A stretch of DNA of 64,000 nucleotides from the NCBI GenBank assembly GCA_963726455.1, contig CAVSCK010000002.1, positions 32,001-96,000 on the forward strand, given 5' to 3'. Each line of letters starts with the position of its first letter. Within the stretch, counting starts at the first letter, position 1. Of the stretch, positions 48,624 through 58,370 are shown one piece after another. The DNA comes from an uncultured bacterium. GTDB lineage: Bacteria; Zixibacteria; MSB-5A5; CAIYYT01. Under the pieces are notes generated by a model. It was not told the origin of the DNA. It did no database searches and was given only the letters and a program-made list of their open reading frames with translations. The position numbers were made by a program, and so were the translations under genes.

Positions 48624-50274
48624 TTAAGCTGTAATTTCAACCTTCTCTTTTACAATCGGTAAAACGACCGTAAAAGTTGAGCCCACGCCGATCGTCGATT
48701 CGACTTTAATATCGCCGCCGTGGTCTCGCACGATTCCATAGGAGACCGCCAGACCCAGGCCGGTACCCTCTCCAACCTTCTTCGTAGTGAAGAATGGCTC
48801 GAAGATCTTACCGACGTGCTCCTTGGGAATGCCCGATCCGGTGTCCGTAAACAGAATTGCCACGGCTCCACTAAATTCGCCAACTGGTTGTTGCAGAAGC
48901 GTCTGCACGCGCAGTTCGCCACCCTCGGACATGGACTGCATGCTGTTGATGATGATGTTGGTAAATACCTGCTGGAGCAGGTTCGCGTTGCCAAAGATAT
49001 GTGGCAGATCGGGTTGCAGCTGTTTGTAAAGATGAATGTCCTTCATCCTCAGCTGATGCGAGGTAAACAGGAAGATCTCTTCCAGGGCCGCGTTGACATC
49101 TACCAACTCAAATTCAATCGTGGTGGATGACCGGCTGAACTTGAGCAGGTTCTTGACGATCATCTTACAGCGACGTGCCTGTAATTCTATGTCCGACAAG
49201 TACCTGGAGAATGCAGTGACGTCCGTGGCCGCCAATTGACCTGACTGAACCTTCTCCAGCGCGAATTGTGCATAGCCGAGTATTCCACCAAGCGGATTGT
49301 TAAGTTCGTGCGCAACTCCGGCGGCGAGTTGGCCAACCGCGGCCATCTTTTCCGACTGAATGACCTGTTGCTGAACCTCTTCGAGCTTCTGAGTCCGCTC
49401 ATGCACCATCAACTCAAGGTTTTGGTTGTGCAGCTCAAGTTCTTTCTGTGTCTTGGCGAGCGAGTCGCACATGGTGTTGAAGGCGTGCGCCAGTCGTTCC
49501 AGTTCCTGATCGGTCTCCACGTGAACGCGCTGAGAGAGATCACCGGAAGCGATTCTCTCGGTGGCATCAACCAGCGTGTTGATGGGACTGGCAATCATCT
49601 TGACCAAAGTCACGGAGAGAAGAATACCGAGCATGACCAGCAGGAGAGTGAAGAAGACGATCATCTGCGTCGTCTCGGCGATCTTCGCGATCGTTTCCTG
49701 CATGCTCAAACCGACGTGAACGTAGCCGATGGTTTCGGACTTGCTACCGGCATCACTCTGTTTTGAAATCGTTGAGCCAAGTTCTTCCTTGGAAATACTT
49801 GATGTCTGAGTCAGGACCGGGCTGAAAAATTCGACGTAATCGGTGCCGTCCGGCAGTTTGCATTTCCAGGACTTTACTTCCCCCGGTTCTATTAAGATCG
49901 GTTTGGAGAAATCGATTTCGTCGCCCTTGAGACAGATGTTGGTGGAATCAACATCGCCGCGCTCTGCACTTGGTGAGCAGCGAGCCCGACTTGGTGTATA
50001 TTTCGGCAAAAAGAATATCTTTGTCGCTGAGGAGCCCCTGAACCAGGCCGTCCAATTCGGTCGAGTTCTCCAACATGACGCCGAACTCTGCATTTATGGC
50101 CAGATTGCGTACGAGGGAATTGCCACGACGCTGCAAGGCCTCCATTGCGGAATCAGAGAATTGCCCAATCATGAAGAACGAGAGCAGTATCGAACTCGCT
50201 AGCAGCAGAACGCTGACGCCCAATATCAACCGCCATTTCAGGCCCATCGAGGCAGTGAGACGCTTTATGTCCAT
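48624..50274 (-). CDS. Membrane HAMP sensor histidine kinase (NtrB-like), frameshift at ~49970
   Basis: ATG 50274 gives MDIKRLTASMGLKWRLILG-TM1 (tail of track ORF 49948-51234), joining TM2-HAMP-GVAHELNNPL-FFTTKKVGEGTGLGL of ORF 48624-50093. Confidence 0.88.
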
Positions 50275-51234
50275 TAGTACGTCTCCTTTGCCACGCTGAC
50301 CATCTCCGGCGGCAGAACCAGATTCAAGAGTTTGCTGGACTTGAGATTCAGGTAGAGATAAATGATATCGGGAACGCTTGGCTTGGTCTTGCTGGGATCG
50401 GCGCCGTCGATGATTCGCAGACGCAATTTCGCCGGCCTGACGACCGACGTATTTATAGTCCGCTTCCAAACAGAAGAGCGCGCCGCTCTCGACGAAAGTT
50501 TGATTGAATCCCATCACGGGGATTCGATTTCGCAGAGTCTCCAATAATGTGTAGCGGACAAACTGCGGCGTCGAGAGTTCTTCGTCGGCGACCGTCCAGA
50601 TACCCTCCACGGAACGGCAGAGACTGTCGATCGCCTCCGGGAGCTGCTTGGCGCTGACAATCTTGTAAGCAACGAGTTGCAGTCCCAGCTGGGTTGCGGC
50701 TTTCTTTGCCTCCTCGACAAGTCGGCGGGTATTCTCGGTGTAGATGACTCCAACCTTCTTCATGTTGGGAATCATTGACACGAATTTACGGAGCTGCAGG
50801 TCCGCCGGAATGTCCAGCGCCGCGCCGGTGACATGACGCCCGGGAAGATCCCATGACTGAATGAAGCCCGATTCAATCGGATTGAGAACTTTGGCAAACA
50901 CGATTGGCAGCTGAGGAAATGCCCGGTCGGCAAACTGAGTGGCGCTCGTGCCGATCGTGACCAAAAGATCAGGCCGGCTGGACTCGATGGCCTGTCTTTG
51001 AGATGCCTCGGAATCGGAAAGGAAGTACTGCCTTATCTCGCTGACTTTCTGTGACTCCTTGAGAGTTTGCTCCAGACCTGCCAGCGTGCGCAAAGTATGT
51101 TTGGTGGAGTCACTGTAGATGATCGCAACTTGAGGAGCGGCCAGCAATTCCAGAGGCATTACCGCCAATAGCAGTGCTGCAATCAGCACAGCGCTTCTTG
51201 ACATTACGCCTCTCGTCTCTATTGCCGGCATCAT
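50274..51234 (-). CDS. Periplasmic ABC-type substrate-binding-like protein, frameshift at ~50420
   Basis: Signal peptide; DLLVTIG..PIVF..VTG..VGVIY..VESGAL..VGRQAGEIA; removing one base restores LRIIDGADPSKT...YLNLKSSKLLNL...AKETY-stop overlapping the kinase ATG (TAATG). Confidence 0.85.
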
Positions 51235-51826
51235 TTGAACTCCGTCGGCGACAAGAAGCGCAGGATTCGACAGCAGCAGACTTGGTCGAAGGTCACGCGT
51301 GTGAGATTCTCCGTTAGAAATGGCTCTGCAAAATTTGGCTTTGGCAAAATCAGACCTGACTTAATGGTTACCGAGTCCGCACCAATAACTAATTTCTGCT
51401 AAGAAAGTTATCGGAAGCTTGTTGATTGGCTTTACCTTGCGGCAGCCCAAATGATTCAAACTTAAACTGAAAAATCGCGATCTGAGAGTGAGTGTGGTTG
51501 AGCGTGGGGGAATGATCCTAATTCGAAACACCGACTGATTCAAAAAGAATCATTCGTTCGCAGAGCGGCGAAGCGCTCATCACCCCTACAGCTCTGGCGA
51601 CCAGTCCCTGCAAGGGTTAATCCCAAAAAAAGGATTACGAATCGGGTTAAAAATGCCTGCTACATTCCGACACTTATAGAAGAAAGAAAGTCAGCAAACG
51701 AAGTGGCCCAGACATAAGTCACTATGCGAACCGATCCCCTTAGAGGGGTCAAAGGCACTTCGTGAGCTTGGACTGGTGATCGCGAGGAAATGCCGAGGTC
51801 TTTCGGATTTCAGCGCGCGCGACTGA

Positions 51827-54517
51827 ATGGAACTATACAGAGTCGGAGGTTGCTTCTTGAATCACAAGAGTTCGGTTCTTGCAGGAGTCCTGACAGTCAC
51901 TCTCCTGTTTACGGCGGTAACGCTGTATGGAGGCACTGCGGGCAAGATTGCCGGTACCGTGCGGTCCGCCGCGACAGGTGAGCCGTTACCGGGCGCTACC
52001 GTGTCGGTACTGGGCAAGTCGATCGTAACGGTCACGGACATTGATGGGGAGTTTTACCTGATAAACTTGCCCGTAGCCAACTATGACATCGGCGTAGAGC
52101 TGATTGGCTATCGCCCCGAGAAACGAGCAAGCGTCAAGGTTCTTCTTGATCTCACCACGCCCTTGGAGGTTACTCTCGAGCCGACCACTATGGCGATCGA
52201 CACCTTCGTGACGGTGGTTGCTGAACGTCCTCTGATTCAGAAGGACGTGACCGCGTCGGTGGAAACGATCACCAAGGAAGAACTGGCGACTCTGCCTAAT
52301 GCCAGAAATGTCGGCGACGTCCTGTTGCAGATGGCCGGGACGGTGGCTGACTCCGACGGACGGCTTCATGTCCGCGGCGGTCGTAACGGGGAAGTGACCT
52401 ATTACTTTGACGGCATGCCGGTGCAAGACCAGTTCGCCGGATCGCTGGGAACGCGAATTACGCCGGACGCGCTGGAAGAAGTCAACCTCGCCAGCGGCGG
52501 TTTTACGGCCGAATATGGTGAGGCACTGTCCGGAGTCGTCAACGTCCTGACGCAAGAAGGCACCGATACCTACAGCGGTAAGCTGAAGCTCACGGACGGA
52601 ATGACGCGGACATACGACGTTTACAATGGAGAATACCGGAACCTTAAGCGCACGCACAACAATTACGGCGTGTTCAATTTGGCGGGTCCGATTCCGGCTG
52701 TCAAGAGCGATAAAGCAAGCTTCTTCAACTCTGTCGAATACATACATGACGGCGGCTATTTCCCGCACAACTCGCTGACCGACTGGACGATCACCTCCAA
52801 ACTTTCCATGCAACCCATCCAGCGGTTGAAACTGACCGTTTCCTCCAGCTATTTCCAGCAGCAGATGCAGCGGTTCGAACATCGTGATCTAAATGGCTAT
52901 TCGTATGATTTCGCCCTTGGTAATTCCGGACTGATCAAGAGCAGTGCGTTTCGGTTAGGCGCCAAAGCAACCTGGCAACTATCGGCGAACGCAATGCTGA
53001 CCCTCAGAGCGGGATTCTTCGACACCAAGAGCAAGCTGGCGCCGGACAAACTATTCGACACCTACTGGGACAAGTGGCCGGGATATTCGGTTGATTCGAA
53101 CGGCCTGTACAACGGCACCGTCCAGTACAACTATCGTACCGACTCAACATACTTGAATAGCGGATTCGTAAACGACACACTGTTCTATCCTTACTATCTG
53201 AATCGCGAATCCTCCTACAATTCCTTCGGATTTGACGTGATGTCTCAGCTCAGCAAGTACCATTTGGTGGCAATCGGAGCTGAGTACCGCAAGAATCAAC
53301 TGCTTTGGGACAACAAGCAGTTCTTTAATGTCAGGCCATACGGCGAGAAATACGACGTCGAGCCGGCTTATGCCGCCGCCTACGCCCAGGACAAAATTGA
53401 ACTTGGGTACTTGATTATCAACGCCGGCTGGCGAGTGGATTATCTGAATGCCAAGATCGCGTACTGGGATGATCCCGCCAGGAAGACCACGCGACTCAGT
53501 TCAAAGAGCAAGTTGCACTTCTCGCCGCGCTTAGGGTTCTCGCATCCAGTTTCGGACAGAACTCTGTTCCATGCAAACTACGGTTTCTATTACCAGGTGC
53601 CCAGATATCCTCTCATGTTTACGAACCTGCAGGGTGATTTGTCTACCGGCTATCCCATCGTGGGCAATCCGGACATGGAACCCGAAAAAACAGTATCGTA
53701 CGAGTTTGGCGTAACGCAGCAAATAGCCGAGGACACTCGGTTTACAGCGACGACTTATTATAAGGACGTCTCCAACCTAGTATCCAGCGAGCAAGTGTTT
53801 TATGGCGCCTCAACCTACACGCTTTATCACAACGGCGACTATGGTTCGGTCAAGGGGCTGGATTTGGTATTTACCAAGCGCGGCAACGCACGCCTCTCCG
53901 GCTCCGCGAACTACTCATATATGATTGCCGAAGGGAATTCTTCCGACGCCAATGAATTCTATTACAACTATTTCACGGTTGGAGATAACGCGCCGCCGGT
54001 ACCGGTTCAGAAATATCCGTTGTCGTTTGATCAACGACACACGTTGTCGGTGAATGTCGACTATCGATTCGGGCGCAATGATCGTCCGCGGATTTTCGGT
54101 TATCGCCTGCCAGCGGCCTGGGGCATGAGCACCTTGATTACTTACGGTAGCGGCATGCCATACACGAAGACTGACCAGAAAGGGATGCGGATGGGTGGAC
54201 TCAACGAAGGCAGAATGCCGGCGACCTATCGCGTCGACTTACGCTTCGACAAGGACTTCTATTTCACGAAGAAAGACTTATCAAAGCTTCGGCTGTTTGT
54301 CGAAATCAACAATCTGTTTGACCGCCGCAACGTCACGACGGTGTACACGCGCACCGGTCTGCCGAACGATGATGGTTTCGATTACGCTCTGGCAGCCACT
54401 CAACAGGATCCAGTTACGGCGAGCCGCGTCAATGCGCTGCATCGCCTGCTGGCCAGGAATCCGCAGAATTATGATCCGCCGATCAGCGTGCAATGGGGGT
54501 TGGAATGGATGTTCTAA
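51827..54517 (+). CDS. TonB-dependent receptor (carboxypeptidase-like N-domain, plug, barrel)
   Basis: GKIAGTV..GEPLPGA; LHVRGGR..GGFTAEYG..SGVVN; SPRLG; GNPDMEPEKTVSYEFG; NNLFD; terminal F. Confidence 0.93.
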   Translation: MELYRVGGCFLNHKSSVLAGVLTVTLLFTAVTLYGGTAGKIAGTVRSAATGEPLPGATVSVLGKSIVTVTDIDGEFYLINLPVANYDIGVELIGYRPEKRASVKVLLDLTTPLEVTLEPTTMAIDTFVTVVAERPLIQKDVTASVETITKEELATLPNARNVGDVLLQMAGTVADSDGRLHVRGGRNGEVTYYFDGMPVQDQFAGSLGTRITPDALEEVNLASGGFTAEYGEALSGVVNVLTQEGTDTYSGKLKLTDGMTRTYDVYNGEYRNLKRTHNNYGVFNLAGPIPAVKSDKASFFNSVEYIHDGGYFPHNSLTDWTITSKLSMQPIQRLKLTVSSSYFQQQMQRFEHRDLNGYSYDFALGNSGLIKSSAFRLGAKATWQLSANAMLTLRAGFFDTKSKLAPDKLFDTYWDKWPGYSVDSNGLYNGTVQYNYRTDSTYLNSGFVNDTLFYPYYLNRESSYNSFGFDVMSQLSKYHLVAIGAEYRKNQLLWDNKQFFNVRPYGEKYDVEPAYAAAYAQDKIELGYLIINAGWRVDYLNAKIAYWDDPARKTTRLSSKSKLHFSPRLGFSHPVSDRTLFHANYGFYYQVPRYPLMFTNLQGDLSTGYPIVGNPDMEPEKTVSYEFGVTQQIAEDTRFTATTYYKDVSNLVSSEQVFYGASTYTLYHNGDYGSVKGLDLVFTKRGNARLSGSANYSYMIAEGNSSDANEFYYNYFTVGDNAPPVPVQKYPLSFDQRHTLSVNVDYRFGRNDRPRIFGYRLPAAWGMSTLITYGSGMPYTKTDQKGMRMGGLNEGRMPATYRVDLRFDKDFYFTKKDLSKLRLFVEINNLFDRRNVTTVYTRTGLPNDDGFDYALAATQQDPVTASRVNALHRLLARNPQNYDPPISVQWGLEWMF

Positions 54518-54575
54518 AGCATGAGTTTGAGGCGGAGATGACCATAGGTAACCAGGCCGCTGGTGTTTCGGAGGA

Positions 54576-57242
54576 ATGCTCATGAATGTTAAATCATTAA
54601 AGATCGCACTGCTCCTGGCGGGCGCGCTGATTTGCGCAAGCGCAATACCTGCGCTTGCGGCACAGATGAAAGTCAGTACGCCGGCGCCGGAAGTACAGGA
54701 CATTGCCGTCCAGGACAAAGGCAATATCGCCACCACCGTGTCCAACTGGGGTCTGATCGGCGGTTTGCGCGAGTACGGATTTCCGTCGGGCGAATGGCCG
54801 AAAGGATCGGGCCACAATTATCTCGCCGAATTGAAATACTGGATGGGAGCAACTCGTACGAGCGGCGATACGTTACTGGCCTGCACGGAGAACGACTTCA
54901 CGCCCATACCGTCGATCGTTTCGGGAACCGAATCGTATCAAATCCGATTGTCAACGGACACCACGCGCTTCGAATATGATCCGACAGATACGGTGGGTGC
55001 GGGCGTCGGCCGGCCGGCTTATGGCTGGCGGGTATGGAATCCGGAAACGCAGACCTGGGATTACAATCAGGTCTGGGACAATCAATCTCAGTCATACGTA
55101 AACGGCGGCCCGGCTTCGCTCCAGGAAAGTTTCTATCGGTTTGACGACGCCGGACTGGGTGTCCCGCTACTCGGTCTGCAAATGACTCAGACCATTTACC
55201 AGTGGAACTACAGCTACAACCAGGATTTCCTGTTTGTGGTGCTGCAGATCACGAACAACAGCCAGTACGACTACAATGATTTTGCGTTCGGTCTGTACTG
55301 CGATTTCGATATCGGCGGCCCTGATGGCACGGGCGAAAACGGGCGCCTTGGCGATCTGGTGAAAATGGACAGCTCGCTTAACCTGGCGTGGACATACGAC
55401 GCCGATGGTTACGATCCGGGTTGGGGGCCTTCGGTGACTACCGGCCTGATGGGGACACGTTATATCGAAACTCCCGACAACATCGGCATGACGGCGTTTC
55501 GCACGGGTCTCTGGGAAGAACAGCCGCAGGAGCAGAAGGACCGGTACCATTTTATCTCAGCGCATCAGTATGACAGATCGTTGCCGCCGGGTGACCAATA
55601 CTATCTCCAGTGCACCTCCGGCATCAACCTTCAGCGCGGCAAAACCATCCGCATCGGGTTTGCCCTGATAGCAGGTTTCGACGAAGTCGATTTCCGGGCG
55701 AAATCCCAGATGGCTCAGGCAGTGTATAGCAATCACTTTCTCGGTCCGGAACCGCCGCAACCGTCAAAGTTGACGATTGTTCCGGGTGACCGGCAGGTGA
55801 AACTGTCCTGGAACCGCGCCGCCGAGCTGAGCGTCGATCCGATGAGTAATTCTCAGGACTTCGACGGCTACAAGATCTATCGCTCGACCGACAAGGGAAT
55901 AAGCTGGGGCAGACTGGAACGCCATCCAGACGGCAGCACCGGTCCTGATTACGTGCCGATCGCAATCTGGCGCGTTGATGGTCCGTCAGGGCCGATACCG
56001 CATACCTTCGTCGACACCTCACTGACCAACGGTTTCGAGTATTGGTATTCCGTGGTTGGATTCGACAAGGGTGACACATCCTCCGGCGTCGGCGTACTGC
56101 AGACGGCTTATGGCCAGCCGGCCAAGGATGTCAATGCCGCCTCGGCTGTGCCTCGCACTGATCCGGCCGGCTATTACGAGATACAGAAGACACTGGTTCA
56201 CGAAACGGCGGGCGGTGGCAACATCTCGGACGGAAGATTGGTGGCCGACTTGTTCGATCCCTCGAAGTTGACGGGACAGGATTACAGGATCGGCTTTGTT
56301 GAAGATCCGGTGGCCACCAGTTGGTTCGTTGTCAATCGTACCACCGGCGATACGCTGGCCAAAGATATCACGGATCAATCGGGTGACGTGAAGACGGCGC
56401 CGATCGCTGACGGCGTGCGCCTGTTGATGTTCAACGGCGAACGGTGGCCGTCGCGATTCGCGCAGGTGGCGATGGGCGCGGGCACTGACACAACAGTACA
56501 TCTGGGATACATCTATGGACCAATCGGAGATGTTTTCGGCTGGCCGCTGGGTGGTGATATACATTTCCGCTCAACGTATCAGTTGCGGTTCACGGCGGGC
56601 GGTTCCGAGGGTTATTCGATCTACGACGATGTTACTCCCATCCACCTTCCGTTTGAAATATGGAATACGACGACGAACGAACAGGTGATCGCTGAGATCT
56701 ATCATCAGGATCCGGCGACTCCAGCGTGGGATCCACGCAATCGTGATTACATAACAGTCGTGGATTTCCCCTATGACGGCGTCGCGCATCCCGAGGCGTT
56801 TCCGTACTACCATTCGTGGTTCTTCCGCATCGGGACGTCCGATACCAACTATACTGCCGGCGACGTTTTACAGATTGACGGTGCGCCGCTAAACGGAGCG
56901 AACGACGTGTTCGTTTATCAGGCGCCGGGCATCGACCAGAATGCGGCTGCCGCCGCACTCGATCAGATCAGGGTCGTGCCCAATCCCTATATCTCCAGGG
57001 CGTCGTGGGAATTGGTTGAAGGCGAACGTCGGCTGGAATTCACCCACCTTCCGGACAGAGCAACTGTCCGCATCTACAACCTCGCGGGCGATCTCGTCCA
57101 GACATTGCAGCACGAAGGCAGCGGAACCTATGTATGGAATATGCTGTCGTCGAACGGTCAAGGGATTGCGCCGGGGTTATATTTCTACCACGTCGACTCT
57201 GAGGTTGGCACCCGGGTTGGCAAGTTTGCGGTAATCAAATAG
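54576..57242 (+). CDS. Large secreted protein with FN3-like domain and T9SS-type C-terminal domain
   Basis: Signal peptide; EWPKGSGHNYL; GDRQVKLSW..FDGYKIYRS; C-terminal IRVVPNPY..FTHLP..IYNLAGDLV..APGLYFYHV..GKFAVIK. Confidence 0.85.
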   Translation: MLMNVKSLKIALLLAGALICASAIPALAAQMKVSTPAPEVQDIAVQDKGNIATTVSNWGLIGGLREYGFPSGEWPKGSGHNYLAELKYWMGATRTSGDTLLACTENDFTPIPSIVSGTESYQIRLSTDTTRFEYDPTDTVGAGVGRPAYGWRVWNPETQTWDYNQVWDNQSQSYVNGGPASLQESFYRFDDAGLGVPLLGLQMTQTIYQWNYSYNQDFLFVVLQITNNSQYDYNDFAFGLYCDFDIGGPDGTGENGRLGDLVKMDSSLNLAWTYDADGYDPGWGPSVTTGLMGTRYIETPDNIGMTAFRTGLWEEQPQEQKDRYHFISAHQYDRSLPPGDQYYLQCTSGINLQRGKTIRIGFALIAGFDEVDFRAKSQMAQAVYSNHFLGPEPPQPSKLTIVPGDRQVKLSWNRAAELSVDPMSNSQDFDGYKIYRSTDKGISWGRLERHPDGSTGPDYVPIAIWRVDGPSGPIPHTFVDTSLTNGFEYWYSVVGFDKGDTSSGVGVLQTAYGQPAKDVNAASAVPRTDPAGYYEIQKTLVHETAGGGNISDGRLVADLFDPSKLTGQDYRIGFVEDPVATSWFVVNRTTGDTLAKDITDQSGDVKTAPIADGVRLLMFNGERWPSRFAQVAMGAGTDTTVHLGYIYGPIGDVFGWPLGGDIHFRSTYQLRFTAGGSEGYSIYDDVTPIHLPFEIWNTTTNEQVIAEIYHQDPATPAWDPRNRDYITVVDFPYDGVAHPEAFPYYHSWFFRIGTSDTNYTAGDVLQIDGAPLNGANDVFVYQAPGIDQNAAAAALDQIRVVPNPYISRASWELVEGERRLEFTHLPDRATVRIYNLAGDLVQTLQHEGSGTYVWNMLSSNGQGIAPGLYFYHVDSEVGTRVGKFAVIK

Positions 57243-57262
57243 CTGGGAAACAGGAGGCAGCA

Positions 57263-58276
57263 ATGAAATTGTCCAAGTACATCCTGCTGGTTGCCGGTTT
57301 GGTGTTGCTCGTTGGCGGCGCCGTTGATGCCGGAGACTCGCAGTCCAAGGTAGGTACCGCCGGAGCTCAATTCCTGAAATTGGGCATGGGCGCCAGATAT
57401 ACGGCCATGGGCGACGCATCGGTCGCGGCTGTGAATGACGGTTATGCACTCTATTGGAATCCGGCCGCCATGGGCGCAACCACAAAATCTTTTATCGAAT
57501 TCACGAACGTCAGTTGGATAGACGGAGTCGGATTGAACTACGTCGCGTTTGTCAGGCCGACGCGGTTCGGAACGCTGGGCGCATCGGCAACGATTCTAAG
57601 TTCCGGTAACATGGAAATTACGACAGTCGATCAACCCGACGGAACCGGCCGAATGTTTTCGGCATCCAGCTATGCGCTGGCTCTCGGCTATGCCCGCCAG
57701 ATGACTGATTTCTTTTCCGTCGGCATGAATTTCAAGTATGTCGCCGAGCGAATCTCCGAAGAACGGGCCAGCGGAATTGCGTTCGATTTCGGAACCATGC
57801 TGACACCGGGATATCGCAATCTGCGGGTCGGCATGAATATTTCGAACCTGGGTCCGCAACTTAAGTTCTCCGGCTCGGAACTCAATTTCCGCTACAATCC
57901 GTCGGGGGACAATTCAAGTTTCGACAAGTCTGAAGGCGTGTTGTCGGTTGATCCGTATGACCTGCCGCTCATATTTCGCATCGGTGTGGCGTACGATCTT
58001 CAGTATTCCAAGAACACGCGATTGACTTTCGCGGCCGAAGCTCAGGATCCTTCCGACCAGGATCAGCAGGGTTCGATTGGAACCGAAGTGGCATTCTTCG
58101 AGAGATTCTTTGTGAGGGGCGGTTACAAATTCAACTATGACGAAGAAGACTTCTCGTTCGGAGCCGGACTGAACCTCAAGGTCTGGTCGCAGACTGATGT
58201 GAACGTCAACTATGCCTGGGCCAATTTTGGACGCATGTCGTCGGTGCAGCGAATTTCCCTGGGATTTCGTTTCTAA
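57263..58276 (+). CDS. PorV/PorQ-family (FadL-like) outer-membrane protein
   Basis: KVGTAGAQFLKLGMGARYTAMG..ALYWNPA..NLGPQ..LPLIFRIG..RISLGFRF. Confidence 0.9.
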   Translation: MKLSKYILLVAGLVLLVGGAVDAGDSQSKVGTAGAQFLKLGMGARYTAMGDASVAAVNDGYALYWNPAAMGATTKSFIEFTNVSWIDGVGLNYVAFVRPTRFGTLGASATILSSGNMEITTVDQPDGTGRMFSASSYALALGYARQMTDFFSVGMNFKYVAERISEERASGIAFDFGTMLTPGYRNLRVGMNISNLGPQLKFSGSELNFRYNPSGDNSSFDKSEGVLSVDPYDLPLIFRIGVAYDLQYSKNTRLTFAAEAQDPSDQDQQGSIGTEVAFFERFFVRGGYKFNYDEEDFSFGAGLNLKVWSQTDVNVNYAWANFGRMSSVQRISLGFRF

Positions 58277-58308
58277 CGACAAATCACCAAGTCTTCGAAC
58301 AATACACA

Positions 58309-58339
58309 GCAGGGCGCGAATGTCGCGCCCTGTTTTTTT
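58309..58339 (+). terminator. Rho-independent terminator
   Basis: GCAGGGCGCGA-atg-TCGCGCCCTGT followed by a T-tract. Confidence 0.85.
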
Positions 58340-58370
58340 GTCTGAGATCAGTTAGTTAAAGTACTGAAGT

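Noticed and set aside
49948-51234. Apparent binding-protein/TM fusion ORF of 428 aa
   Set aside because: Artefact of two frameshifts joining the binding protein to the kinase N-terminus.
51695-51800. c-di-GMP-II riboswitch resemblance (GGCACUU...UUGGACUGGU)
   Set aside because: No GUGCAACC pseudoknot partner; kept only as an unassigned structure.
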